Positions 1 through 9,632 are shown, counted from the stretch's first letter. The stretch is 64,000 nucleotides of DNA from Nitrospinales bacterium (GCA_965223345.1 CBDCWG010000012.1:1632001-1696000); one strand, 5' to 3'. Program-made: numbers and translations. The notes: a model not told the origin generated them from the sequence alone.

Positions 1-2
1 GT

Positions 3-461
3 GGAAACGACTCGGTGCGGGAAGGGCCGGTGCAGATCCGGCTTTCGGACTTCAATGTGTTCGGCGCGGGTGTGGGCTACAATTTCAACGATCATTTCAA
101 TGTGAACGCGAATCTGCATTACGGTTCCACAGACCTTCGCGGACGCGTGATCAACAACAGCGTCACCGCCGATTCAGATGTGTTCGGCGGGGATTTCAAT
201 CTGGACTTTCATCCCCTGAAAACCCGGATCACGCCGCTGTTCTCAGGCGGGATCGGGTTCATCAATTTCAACGGCGATGTGAACGGCGTCGATTTCAACG
301 AGACGGATTTTTCCTACAATCTGGGCGCGGGGCTGCGCTGGGACGCCACGGACCATTTGCTGGTGAAGGCCCTGTACCGGTTGACCTGGACGGAGCTGGA
401 AGGAACCAGCGATAACCTGCTGCTGGATGGCATCGAGCTGACCGTCGGGCTGCTGTTTTGA
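3..461 (+). CDS. Outer-membrane beta-barrel protein (OmpA/OmpW-like porin family), 5'-truncated by the window edge
   Basis: Alternating amphipathic strands (GAGVGYNF, YNLGAGLRW) and a C-terminal Phe. The frame is open from position 3. Confidence 0.8.
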   Translation, partial: GNDSVREGPVQIRLSDFNVFGAGVGYNFNDHFNVNANLHYGSTDLRGRVINNSVTADSDVFGGDFNLDFHPLKTRITPLFSGGIGFINFNGDVNGVDFNETDFSYNLGAGLRWDATDHLLVKALYRLTWTELEGTSDNLLLDGIELTVGLLF

Positions 462-497
462 GTTTGCGCTTAATACACTGAAAACCGCATTGCAAAG

Positions 498-550
498 CGG
501 GGGATGACGCCTTGTCGCATTGGAGGCGTCATCCCCCGTTTTTCTTTTTC
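498..550 (+). terminator. Rho-independent terminator
   Basis: Perfect 15-bp stem CGGGGGATGACGCCT/AGGCGTCATCCCCCG followed by a T-rich tract. Confidence 0.85.
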
Positions 551-719
551 CTCTCCCCTGAAATTCCCCGTCTTTTCCCAGGCTCCTTCCTGATTTTTTC
601 CGATTCAAAGTTTACCCAATCGTGACCTGCCATTGACGTGTCTGTGACCCGCTCCGCTTATACTTGCGCACTTGGGTGCCGGATGGACGGACGACCTGGA
701 TACCCGGATTGGAGCAGGT

Positions 720-1337
720 ATGCGCACGATAATGGCAGCGTTTCTCATCACCTTTCTCGTATGGACGGCGGCTTGTTCTGTCGATGAACCCGTCGTGGAA
801 AACGTGGACAACCCGGAAGCCGTGCCGGCCCTCGCCACGGACGCCGTGGTTGCTGAAGAAGGCAACGCCGAGGCAACGGTTGAGACCCAACTCGCCGCGC
901 TGGAAGCCGAAGCGATCGAACCCGAAACTGCCGCGCCTGCGCTGACTCCGGTTGAAACGGTGCGTGCGGAGATCAAGATCCTGGAAGAGGATCTTTTGAA
1001 GGCGCCCTTCGATGCCGACATCCGTTTCATCCTCGGTTCGGATTACTGGCGCATCGACGAACTGGACAAAGCGGTCGAGTATTTCAACGAAACGCTCAGC
1101 CTGGATCCCGATTACCACGCGGCGCACTGGAACCTGAGCGTGCTGCACGATCAGCGGGGACAGGGGCCCGAAGCCATCCTGCACATGCAGGAAGCGGAAC
1201 GGATTTTTATAGCGAAAGAGGATGTGAAGTCGCTGGCGAAAGCGCGGCGTCTGCTGCGGGGTTATTTTGCCAAGTACGGGTTTGAGCCTCAGGATTTTGC
1301 AATGCCGAAGGGCTTTTTCGCCAGGCTCTTCGAATAG
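720..1337 (+). CDS. TPR-containing lipoprotein
   Basis: GGAG RBS before ATG 720, a lipobox-like TAAC, an acidic linker and TPR motifs (AVEYFNETLSLDPDYHAAHWNL). Confidence 0.8.
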   Translation: MRTIMAAFLITFLVWTAACSVDEPVVENVDNPEAVPALATDAVVAEEGNAEATVETQLAALEAEAIEPETAAPALTPVETVRAEIKILEEDLLKAPFDADIRFILGSDYWRIDELDKAVEYFNETLSLDPDYHAAHWNLSVLHDQRGQGPEAILHMQEAERIFIAKEDVKSLAKARRLLRGYFAKYGFEPQDFAMPKGFFARLFE

Positions 1338-1370
1338 GAAAGCGCACTCATTTTAAAGGAGCAAGATGTC

Positions 1371-1661
1371 ATGAAGCGTCATGCACTCTTTGCCGCGGTC
1401 GCGTTCGCCGCGTTCATCGGAATCGGAATTTTTCTGACCACGGGGTTTGCCCAGGAACGCAACGGGTATTATCCCGATCTTTCCAGCTGTGTCTGCTCGG
1501 CGCCTCTGGATCTGGCCACACGGGCGAACCGCACCAATAGCCGGCACGCGTCGAGCCTGCGTTCGGACCTGGAACCGAAATTTTTGATGAGTCTTTACAA
1601 TTGCCAGTGCGGGCCATTGAGCTGTGCCGTCTCCGCGCAGGCGATCTCCTGCCGAAAATAA
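1371..1661 (+). CDS. Small secreted Cys-rich hypothetical protein
   Basis: AAGGAG RBS, signal peptide ending GFA, and six Cys in the mature part. Confidence 0.7.
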   Translation: MKRHALFAAVAFAAFIGIGIFLTTGFAQERNGYYPDLSSCVCSAPLDLATRANRTNSRHASSLRSDLEPKFLMSLYNCQCGPLSCAVSAQAISCRK

Positions 1662-1667
1662 CACACC

Positions 1668-1697
1668 CAAACCCGGCGGCCCCGCCGCCGGGTTTTC
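1668..1697. terminator. Bidirectional terminator between convergent genes
   Basis: AAACCCGGCGGC-CCC-GCCGCCGGGTTT hairpin. Confidence 0.8.
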
Positions 1698-1709
1698 CAT
1701 TCTCTTTCC

Positions 1710-2924
1710 TCAAGGCTGGATCTTGGATTCTTCCTGTTCGGCGGTGAGGGTTTCTTCCTGGATGTCATCGCCCGGGCTTTCCAGATTCATCCCGATATCG
1801 CTGAACGCGTTGATGGGTATATTGGAGGTGAGGGTGGGCTCGCCGAACGTGTCTGACGCAGGCGCCGGGGAATAGGATTCGAAACCGGGCGCTTCGTCTT
1901 TGGGCAGCGCGATGGCGGAATCTCCGGAACTTTCGATGCGCACGTCGGCGGCGGCCTGTTCCTCGACCGCTGCCGGCTCTTCGGTTGGGGCGGAGCCGGT
2001 CCCGGTGCTCTCCTGCGATTTTTCCGTTGCGTTGTCGATCGGGGCGGAACGCATCAAGGCCTCGTCTTCGTCTTTGGCCTGGTCCTCTTCCTCAGGCGTC
2101 AGGGGGGTCTCAGCTTCCGTATCCAGCTTGGCCATGTCCGCGTTGGTGATCTGCAGCTCGGACACGATGCCTTTCAGCGCCACCACCTTGGGATCGTCCG
2201 CGGGATGCGATTGCTCGGTGATCGTCAACAGGCGCTGATAGAGAGGCAGGGCTTTGTCGTATTTCTCCTGAATGCGGTACAGGTCGGCGAGATTGTGCAC
2301 GGCGATGCCGATGTGAGCGTGCCCCGGTTGCAGCGTGCCTTCGAAGATTTCCAGGGCGCGCTGGTAAAGCGGTTCGGCCTTGTCGTACTGCTTGTTGTTC
2401 TTGTACAGCTCGCCGAGATTGTTGAGGGAGTTGGCGACGCTTTTGTGGTCGCGCCCCACGGTCTCTTCGCGGATGCGTATCGCCACTGTGTAAAACTGTT
2501 CGGAGCGGGAAAAAACGCCGGTTTTGCGGTACACATCGCCGAGACTGTGCAGGGTGGAGGCCACATGCGCGTGGTTGGTTCCCAGAATCTTTTTGTACAG
2601 GTTCAGGGCCCTCAGGTAATTGATCTCGGCGTCGGAATAATTTTTATCCTGTAAATAGATGTCCCCGATTTTGTTCAACGTGTTGGCGACTTCCAGATGG
2701 TCGTTTCCGTGGATTTTTATCTTCAGGTCGAGCAGGTCCGCAGCATAGGGAAGCGCTTCTTTATACTTTCCCGCGTCGTAGTTTTCTGCGATGGCAGATT
2801 GCAGTTTTTCCACCTTCTCGGAGTTTGCACTCAAGGTCAGAGGGTTGAGAAAAAACAGCAGAGCCCCGACACATAGAATGGTGAATGCCGGATTGCTGTG
2901 CCGATGAAGGATGCGGCCGGTCAT
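1710..2924 (-). CDS. Secreted TPR protein (kinesin-light-chain-like TPR_12 repeats) with an acidic disordered C-terminal tail
   Basis: 42-aa repeats (VANSLNNLGELY...AEPLYQRALEI), an N-terminal signal peptide and an E/D/S/P-rich tail. Confidence 0.85.
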   Translation of the reverse strand: MTGRILHRHSNPAFTILCVGALLFFLNPLTLSANSEKVEKLQSAIAENYDAGKYKEALPYAADLLDLKIKIHGNDHLEVANTLNKIGDIYLQDKNYSDAEINYLRALNLYKKILGTNHAHVASTLHSLGDVYRKTGVFSRSEQFYTVAIRIREETVGRDHKSVANSLNNLGELYKNNKQYDKAEPLYQRALEIFEGTLQPGHAHIGIAVHNLADLYRIQEKYDKALPLYQRLLTITEQSHPADDPKVVALKGIVSELQITNADMAKLDTEAETPLTPEEEDQAKDEDEALMRSAPIDNATEKSQESTGTGSAPTEEPAAVEEQAAADVRIESSGDSAIALPKDEAPGFESYSPAPASDTFGEPTLTSNIPINAFSDIGMNLESPGDDIQEETLTAEQEESKIQP

Positions 2925-3311
2925 GTCAATCTCCCTTTATTTGATGAACCGGTTGAAGGTTGCGGCTTGATGTGCGACTATTCGCGGCCCGGTTTCGAAG
3001 GGACCGTGTGTGCGGATGGATTTGCTTTGCTTCGAACCTGTCCGGGATTTTCCGGAAGACCTCGCGGATATCTGGAAAATACATTAACATTCAACATGTT
3101 TATGGTTGATTATTGACACTGTATTCCTCAATATAATTCTTGTCAATGTATTCGTCATCAAATCTCACCGGGCAGTTTTTGAAAGGCTGAAAACAAATAG
3201 GGTAGGGGATAAATTTTTTGCCCCCGGGATGCGCGAATCGAGGCGGCGCGGCGCCCTGGGTTGCGTTTTTCAATGATTTTCAATCTATCGTACTGAAAAG
3301 GAAATGAATGC

Positions 3312-3842
3312 ATGAACCCCTGGCATGACGTGGATCTAGGAAACGCGGTTCCGGGCCGGATTCCGGCCATCATCGAGGTCCCCAAAGGATCGAAGACCAA
3401 ATACGAGCTGGACAAGGACACGGGGCTGATCCGGGTGGACCGGATCCTGTACAGCTCGGTGCAATATCCCGCCAATTACGGTTTCATACCCAGAACCCTG
3501 TGCGAGGACCACGACCCCCTGGACATCCTGGTGCTGGGGCAGGAGCCGGTGTATCCGCTTTCCATCATGATCGCCCGGCCCATCGGGCTGATGAAAATGG
3601 TCGATCACGGGGAAGCGGATGATAAAATAATCGCCGTGCACGCGCACGATCCGGAATACGCGCATTACGAGTCCATGGAGGAGCTGCCGCCGCACCGGAT
3701 GAAAGAGGTGAAGAAGTTTTTCGAGGATTACAAGGTGCTGGAAAAGAAACTCGTGGTGGTGGAAGACTTTCTCGGCCACCAGGAGGCGCTCGAGGTGATC
3801 GAGCAATCCATGCAAATTTATCGCAAGACGTTCCCTTCCTGA
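3312..3842 (+). CDS. ppa: Family I inorganic pyrophosphatase
   Basis: [24 protein letters not shown] and DHDPLD motifs. Confidence 0.95.
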   Translation: MNPWHDVDLGNAVPGRIPAIIEVPKGSKTKYELDKDTGLIRVDRILYSSVQYPANYGFIPRTLCEDHDPLDILVLGQEPVYPLSIMIARPIGLMKMVDHGEADDKIIAVHAHDPEYAHYESMEELPPHRMKEVKKFFEDYKVLEKKLVVVEDFLGHQEALEVIEQSMQIYRKTFPS

Positions 3843-3962
3843 ATCGAGATTTTAAAGGTCTTTGGCTGAGGCCGGGCCTGAAGTCGCCGGGGGAGGGTTC
3901 GCCTGTTTGATTCACACCGATCCACCGGATCGCTGTGGCACGACCGTTCTATAAAGGATGCA

Positions 3963-4232
3963 GTGATGGAAGAAAGTTCGTCGGAAAACCTGATCAACAA
4001 TCTGGACAAGGAACGCTTTATTCTCAGGTTCAAGGCCGCCACCGGGTTCACGGTGGTTCTGGAATATCCGGGGCCGAAGAAACTGGAGGCCGACCGGAAA
4101 CGAATCGAGGAGGCCGGGCTCACCTGCGAGCGCATTCCCGAATGGAACGCCAAATTCGACAGCGCCGATCTCTATATGGACATGCGCAGCCCGGTCTGCG
4201 CCGGTCAGTTCGATCTGGACGACTGGATCTAG
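3963..4232 (+). CDS. Hypothetical protein, about 89 aa
   Basis: AAAGGA RBS and genome-like codon usage. No recognised family. Confidence 0.6.
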   Translation: MMEESSSENLINNLDKERFILRFKAATGFTVVLEYPGPKKLEADRKRIEEAGLTCERIPEWNAKFDSADLYMDMRSPVCAGQFDLDDWI

Positions 4233-4468
4233 TTTTCCGTTTCAAGGTCCGGCTCATTCCGTCTCCGTTTTTTGTTTTAATTTGATGTTTTTTAATGCAA
4301 ATAGATTGACTTCCTCCTGAGCGTTTCTAATAATAGATTTGCTGCCTGAAGTCGGGGGATCCGTCCGCGATTCACAGTCAACAACTCTCTTCCTGGTTTT
4401 ACAGAAGCCCCCTCGACGCCGATTCCACCGAAACACCCACCCTTCCTTTTTCTACAGGAGGCTGACCG

Positions 4469-5701
4469 ATGGGGCGCTCTCAACCTTTCATCAAACCGAC
4501 CGTCTGTTCGCTGTTGTTTCATGCCTGCATCTTTGTTCTGGCGCCGGGGTTCGCCTCGGGCGCCGGCATTTCGGTTCCCGTCCGCGATCTCAACCACCAG
4601 GTCGAGGATCTCTATCGCAAGGGCCGCTACCGGGAGGCGCTGCCCCTGGTTGCGCAAGCCTTCAGGCAGAAGGAGCAGACCCTCGGTGCGGATCACCTGG
4701 GGCTGGCTGCGCCGCTGATCCGGCTGGGCGATCTCAACCGCAAACTCGCGCGCTACGATGCGGCGGAAGCACACTACCTGAGGGCGCTGGAATTGATGCG
4801 GCAACTGGTGTCGGAGCGTGACCCGAAACGGGCGGCGACGATCAACAGCCTGGCTCTGATCTATTTTCAAAGGGGGGAGTACGATCGGGCGGAATCGCTG
4901 TTTTACAAATCGCTGAGGATTTTCGAAAACGCGCACGGCATGAAGCATCCCAACCGCGCGGCGACGATCAACAACCTGGCGCGTCTGTACGAGGCCGCCG
5001 GCGAATACGAAAAAGCCGGCGAGTTGTACGGGAAGAGTCTCACGCTGCTGCGCCGGGCGCTGGGATCCGAACACCCCTATGTGGCGGCTTCGCTCAACAA
5101 CCTGGCGCTGCTGCATCAGAAAACCGGGGAGCGTTCCCAGGCCGAACCGCTGTATCGCAGCGCTGTGGATATCTATGAAAGCGCGTCGATGACGGAGCAT
5201 CCCAATTACGCCACCACCCTCAACAACCTGGCGGATTTTTTGCTGCTGGCGGGCGAATACGACAAGATCGAGCCCCTGCTGCTGCGCTCGCTGTCGATTC
5301 GGGAGAGGGTGCTGGGGCGGGAGCATCCCGACCTGGCGTATTCGCTAGACAGCCTCGCCGCCTACTACAAGGACGTCGGCAATTTTTCCAAGGCCCGGCT
5401 TTTGGTGCAGCGCTCACTCAAAATCCGCGAGGAAGCTTTCGGGACGCATCACCCGCAGGTGGCGCGCTCTCTGGAAACCATGGCTGCGCTGGAGCAGGAG
5501 CTCGGGCAGTACGAGCAGGCCGCTCCGTTGCTCATGCGTTCCCTGAGCATCAAGGAAAGCGCGCTCGGCAAGGATCACCCGGAGGCGATCGGGGTGCTCA
5601 AAAAACTGGCTGCGCTGTACGATGAAAAAGGCGATCGCCAGCGTGCGGAAAACCTGCATTACAGCGCTGTGCAACTCGAGCGCAAAAGACAATCTCCCTG
5701 A
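4469..5701 (+). CDS. Secreted TPR_12 (kinesin-light-chain-like) repeat protein
   Basis: AGGAGG RBS, signal peptide, and repeated HP.VA.SLNNLA.LY units. Confidence 0.9.
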   Translation: MGRSQPFIKPTVCSLLFHACIFVLAPGFASGAGISVPVRDLNHQVEDLYRKGRYREALPLVAQAFRQKEQTLGADHLGLAAPLIRLGDLNRKLARYDAAEAHYLRALELMRQLVSERDPKRAATINSLALIYFQRGEYDRAESLFYKSLRIFENAHGMKHPNRAATINNLARLYEAAGEYEKAGELYGKSLTLLRRALGSEHPYVAASLNNLALLHQKTGERSQAEPLYRSAVDIYESASMTEHPNYATTLNNLADFLLLAGEYDKIEPLLLRSLSIRERVLGREHPDLAYSLDSLAAYYKDVGNFSKARLLVQRSLKIREEAFGTHHPQVARSLETMAALEQELGQYEQAAPLLMRSLSIKESALGKDHPEAIGVLKKLAALYDEKGDRQRAENLHYSAVQLERKRQSP

Positions 5702-6056
5702 GCGATTCCTCACAACCGATGCGGTGGGGAAGGGGGCGTTCGCCGCCATCGGCGGATGCTTCACCGCGCCGTGATTCTCTCTGCATTTTCTGTAAGACTT
5801 TCCTTTAAGTTCTGCCTTTGTTCGGCCTACCGATAGTTTGCCCGTTTCCCTGCGGGAATTTCACGCCTGAGCCTGCGTTTTTTCCTTTCCGGCTGCATAA
5901 TTTGCCTCTGAAATATTAAAGTCTTATCAGTTTCCATAGATGAATTTTAATTAATAATCATTTTTTTTACTCGACATTCGTCAAGTTTTCCTGCATTTGT
6001 GGAAATATTGACGTGCCGATATCGGGATAAGTCTATATATTTAAATAAACTCAAAA

Positions 6057-6073
6057 TTGGCATGAACATTGCT
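6057..6073 (+). promoter_or_regulatory. Sigma54 (-24/-12) promoter
   Basis: TTGGCATGAACATTGCT has exact GG-N10-GC spacing and follows an AT-rich tract. Confidence 0.7.
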
Positions 6074-6267
6074 CATTAAACATCAATTATTTAGAAGGAT
6101 GGGTGGATTGACACCCACAGAATCAAAGGTTTTGACCTTGGTTTGCGGGTCGGCCCTTCATGCTTGTGAAACCGGGCATCAGCATGCCGAAGACAGTTCC
6201 TCTTCGTATAGCGAAGGCCGGAGCGAGAGGAACTGGCAAACCCAAATTCAGTTTGAGGGAGAAGGCT

Positions 6268-6486
6268 ATGATCAAGGCAGTCACACAGTACGTCATCGTT
6301 TGCGACAACGTTTTCTGCGATTCCACCATGCGGGCAGGGGTGGATTTTCATTCTTACGATCGCAGGGAACAGTTCAAGCAGAAGGTGAGAAACCGAGGGT
6401 GGGGTGGAATCGTTGAAGACAATGAAGACACACGGCACATTTGCCCGAGTTGCCGTGACTTTGACCTGGGAGTGTACAAAAAATGA
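6268..6486 (+). CDS. Small putative zinc-ribbon protein, 72 aa
   Basis: GAGGGAG RBS and Cx4C...GW...HICPSC. The stop overlaps the next ATG (ATGA). Confidence 0.7.
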   Translation: MIKAVTQYVIVCDNVFCDSTMRAGVDFHSYDRREQFKQKVRNRGWGGIVEDNEDTRHICPSCRDFDLGVYKK

Positions 6487-6839
6487 ATCCAAAACAAGAC
6501 GAAGCGAAAAACCATTTATCACTGGCCAACAAAGTCCGGCAGGCACGCGAAGACCGGATGATGAGCAAGGCGGAACTGGCGCGCAAAGCGGGATTGACCG
6601 TTCAGACGATCGACCGCATCGAGCGCGGCCACGAATGCCGGTTGGCCACCAAACGAAAAATCATTCTTGCGCTGGGGTATGAGCTGGCGGACCGCACGAA
6701 GATCTTCGTGCCTTCGGAAGATGACGAAATCTCCGAGGAAGGGTCCGACCTGGATACGTCCGAGCTCGGCTCGCACATGATCGCAAGTGAGAAGGAAAGC
6801 ATGCGGGTTCTGCGGAAAAAAGCACCCATGCAGCCCTGA
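6483..6839 (+). CDS. XRE-family HTH transcriptional regulator with an acidic C-terminal extension
   Basis: VRQAREDRMMSKAELARKAGLTVQTIDRIERG HTH_3 motif. Confidence 0.9.
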   Translation: MNPKQDEAKNHLSLANKVRQAREDRMMSKAELARKAGLTVQTIDRIERGHECRLATKRKIILALGYELADRTKIFVPSEDDEISEEGSDLDTSELGSHMIASEKESMRVLRKKAPMQP

Positions 6840-6842
6840 TGG

Positions 6843-6865
6843 AAGGGGCGGGTTTTCGCCCCTTT
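6843..6865 (+). terminator. Putative terminator hairpin
   Basis: AAGGGGCG-GGTTTT-CGCCCCTT immediately after the HTH stop codon. Confidence 0.55.
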
Positions 6866-7067
6866 GCGCTCCTCATTCGTCGGTTCGAAGCTGCGGTCCG
6901 CTCAAAAGGCGTGGGCGCACCGGCGCTGAATCGGACTCAACGGAAAGCGTGCGGTTTTCCCGCATAGCGGGATCGAGTCACCCGCACGATGCGCAGGAGC
7001 AGGATAATAGAAGTGTCCGTCCGCCAGGGAAGGCGGTGTCGGAAACGGCAAATCCGGTTTGAGGGTT

Positions 7068-7466
7068 TCAGCCTGCCGCCTCGTTTTCCACCTCATGGTG
7101 GTAGTAATTGGCGAAATCCTTGATCGATAAGATTCCCACCACTTTTTTGTTGGCCGTCACGGCGATGTGGCGGATGTTGTGCTGATGCATGCAGCGATAG
7201 GCGTCCATCATCGACTTTTCCTGATCCAGGCTGATCAGCGGATGGGCCAGGATGTCGGCGATTTTTGTCTTTTGCGGGTCGAGCTTTTTCGCCAGCACCT
7301 TGTGTGAGAAATCGACCGTCGTCACGATCCCCAGATAGCGTTTGCCATCGTAAACCAGCAGGGCTCCCACCTTGTTTTCCAGCATGAATGCGGCCGCTTC
7401 TGTGACGCTGGCCTGCGGCGCCACGCTGAGCAGAGACTCCTCCATGAATTGAACGATCTTGTCCAT
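7068..7466 (-). CDS. CBS-pair domain protein
   Basis: Two CBS motifs (VGALLV...LGIVT; IRHIAV...VVGILSIKD). Confidence 0.9.
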   Translation of the reverse strand: MDKIVQFMEESLLSVAPQASVTEAAAFMLENKVGALLVYDGKRYLGIVTTVDFSHKVLAKKLDPQKTKIADILAHPLISLDQEKSMMDAYRCMHQHNIRHIAVTANKKVVGILSIKDFANYYHHEVENEAAG

Positions 7467-7691
7467 CTTTCCCTCCCTAGTTCGCTATTGAAAACAATCG
7501 TGGTTTCCCGTCCCGGCGGCGATCTCTTTGAAAAACGGTGTCATAATTTACATTAATATGGTAAAATATAGTATAAAAAAATGCAATAACCCTGTTTTCT
7601 GTTCAAGTTTTTGATAACCGCCGGTTTTTTGAGCCAAGTGGCGGTTTTTCATAGGTTTTGAACCCGATTTTTCCATTTTAGGGGGCACTTT

Positions 7692-8273
7692 ATGAGCACC
7701 ACCGGTTTTGTGATTCTGGGGATCGTGCTGTTCGGCGTTGTGGCCATTCTGGGATACGCCTTCATCATCTACAACGGACTGATCGCCCTCAAGGAAAACA
7801 TCAAGAAATCCTGGGCGAACATCGATGTGATCCTGAAACAGCGCTACGACGAGCTGCCGAAACTGATTTCGGTGTGTGAGAGTTACGCGGCGTTCGAAAA
7901 AGGGGTGCTGGACCGCCTGATGCAGGCGCGGGAAAAATACGTCGGCGCTTCGGGCGTCAGCGAGAAAGCGGAGGCGAGCGGGGAGATCAGCGCAGCCCTC
8001 AAAAGTCTGTTCGCCCTGGCGGAGAATTATCCCGAGCTCAAGGCCAACACCAATTTCATGCAGCTGCAGAACCGGATTTCCCATCTGGAAGAGTCGCTGG
8101 CGGACCGGCGCGAGTTTTACAACGACAGCGTCAACAACTACAACATCCGCATCCAGCAGATCCCGGATGTGTTCGTCGCGGCGTTTTTGCGTTACCAGCG
8201 CGAAGAGATGTTCCAGGTTTCCGAAGCGGAACGCCAGGATGTGGACGTGAACATCAAACTGCCGCAGATGTGA
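7692..8273 (+). CDS. lemA: LemA family protein
   Basis: N-terminal TM followed by YNGL...WANIDVILKQRYD, ENYPELKAN and RREFYNDSV. Confidence 0.95.
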   Translation: MSTTGFVILGIVLFGVVAILGYAFIIYNGLIALKENIKKSWANIDVILKQRYDELPKLISVCESYAAFEKGVLDRLMQAREKYVGASGVSEKAEASGEISAALKSLFALAENYPELKANTNFMQLQNRISHLEESLADRREFYNDSVNNYNIRIQQIPDVFVAAFLRYQREEMFQVSEAERQDVDVNIKLPQM

Positions 8274-8280
8274 ACGTCCG

Positions 8281-9249
8281 ATGTATATCAATGTGGAAAC
8301 CCTATCCTATGGCGTGGTCGGCGCCGGACTGGGGCTGTACTGGTTTCTCTCCGGGTTCAGGCAGCTGAAATCCTCGCGCACCATCCAGAATATTCCCACC
8401 TCGCGCATCGCCACCGGGGCGGTGGGCGCCAACGTCGAAATCAAGGGGAAAATTCTCAGGCCAAACGGCCAGCTTTTGTCCGGGCCCATCAGCGGCAGAA
8501 GTTGCAGCTTTTTTTCCATCGAAATCCAGAAACTCGTGCGCACCAAAAACAGCAGGCGCTGGGTGCGGGTCGATCAGTTTTATTCGGACGAACATTTTTT
8601 CGTGGACGATGGCAGCGGCGCGCTGGCTCAGGTGTTCGTCAAGGGCGCGGTGATCCAGAGAAAAGGGGCGAACGACACCTTCCGCTCGCGCTCCAGCAAT
8701 TTCGGTTCCATGCCGCAGGGCTTGCGGGCCGCATTGCAACGGCAGAGCCGGTTCAACCTCAACCCGGCCTCCTGGTTTTTTTCCAGGGAATACCGGTTCA
8801 TCGAATGGCGCTTCGAGCCGCAGGAAACCGTGTATGTGCTGGGATACGCCGACTCGGGGCTCAAGATCCGCAACCGGCCGAAACTCAAATTTGCGCATTT
8901 TCTTGCCGGAAAAAAGCAGATCGAAGCCGATCCGAAATTGCAGGAACGCTTCGACACCAATCAGGACGGGATGCTGGATGAAAGCGAGATGGAACGGGGC
9001 GCGCAGCTCATCGGTTTGAAACTGCAAGAGACGGCAACCCCGGCGGTTGCGGAAGCGGCGCCTTTGCAGGCGAAGATGGTTTTCCGCCGGCGCAAACCGC
9101 ATGCTTATTTCATCAGCAACATGAAAGAAGAGGATCTGGTGAAAAAGCTTTCCTGGAAAGCCACCCTCAAACTGTGGGGCGGCCCGGTGGTGGCGATCGG
9201 CAGCGCGGCGTACCTGTTCTGGTTTCTCATGCTGGGCAAGGACCTGTGA
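8281..9249 (+). CDS. LemA-associated GIDE-domain membrane protein with an EF-hand-like loop
   Basis: N- and C-terminal TMs, IPTSRIA...VEIKG, FFVDDGSG, VYVLG, and the loop DTNQDGMLDESE. Confidence 0.75.
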   Translation: MYINVETLSYGVVGAGLGLYWFLSGFRQLKSSRTIQNIPTSRIATGAVGANVEIKGKILRPNGQLLSGPISGRSCSFFSIEIQKLVRTKNSRRWVRVDQFYSDEHFFVDDGSGALAQVFVKGAVIQRKGANDTFRSRSSNFGSMPQGLRAALQRQSRFNLNPASWFFSREYRFIEWRFEPQETVYVLGYADSGLKIRNRPKLKFAHFLAGKKQIEADPKLQERFDTNQDGMLDESEMERGAQLIGLKLQETATPAVAEAAPLQAKMVFRRRKPHAYFISNMKEEDLVKKLSWKATLKLWGGPVVAIGSAAYLFWFLMLGKDL

Positions 9250-9375
9250 GCGGTCGTTTTGTTTTTCGCAGCAAACCGTTCGCGGGTTTTTCTTTTGAAC
9301 GCAGGCAGCAGGAAAAATGCATTACAGATTTACACACAGGCTTCATGCAGATTATCCGGCATCGCACATAAAGGC

Positions 9376-9404
9376 TTGACTCTTGAAGGAACTCGCTTTA
9401 TCTT
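9376..9404 (+). promoter_or_regulatory. Sigma70-type promoter upstream of the HDOD gene
   Basis: TTGACT-17 nt-TATCTT. Confidence 0.5.
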
Positions 9405-9632
9405 TACATGGAATTTTAGGGGGCCGGAATGGACAACGTCCAGATCACTCCGGGTTTCTTTCTTCATGTTTGCATGATGCACGGACGGCAGGCTGCTCCC
9501 GGCCGTGCCCTTTCTACCAGCCGGACCTAGAAACCCAATCCCCCCGATCGGCATTTCTTTCCCAATCCCATGTCTGCACTGTCCCAAACGTGCAACGTTT
9601 TTTCAACTTCCCGGAAATGAGAACCTGAAATC

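Noticed and set aside
3936..3951. Sigma54-like TGGCACGACCGTTCTA
   Set aside because: The -12 GC is absent and the implied TSS would remove the RBS of the next gene.
5791..5808. GacA-box-like TGTAAG-N6-CTTTAA
   Set aside because: A single imperfect site with no clearly linked promoter.
6098..6106. GATGGGTGG shared with the IR arm at 21159-21167
   Set aside because: A 9-mer match is expected by chance in 64 kb, and the complementary arm is sequestered in a stem.
6235..6267. GGCAAACC reminiscent of a c-di-GMP-I riboswitch
   Set aside because: It lacks the GAAA tetraloop and the following GACGCAAA/P2 elements.
9429..9530. 33-aa upstream ORF in the HDOD leader
   Set aside because: Weak RBS and no distinctive composition; it cannot be supported.
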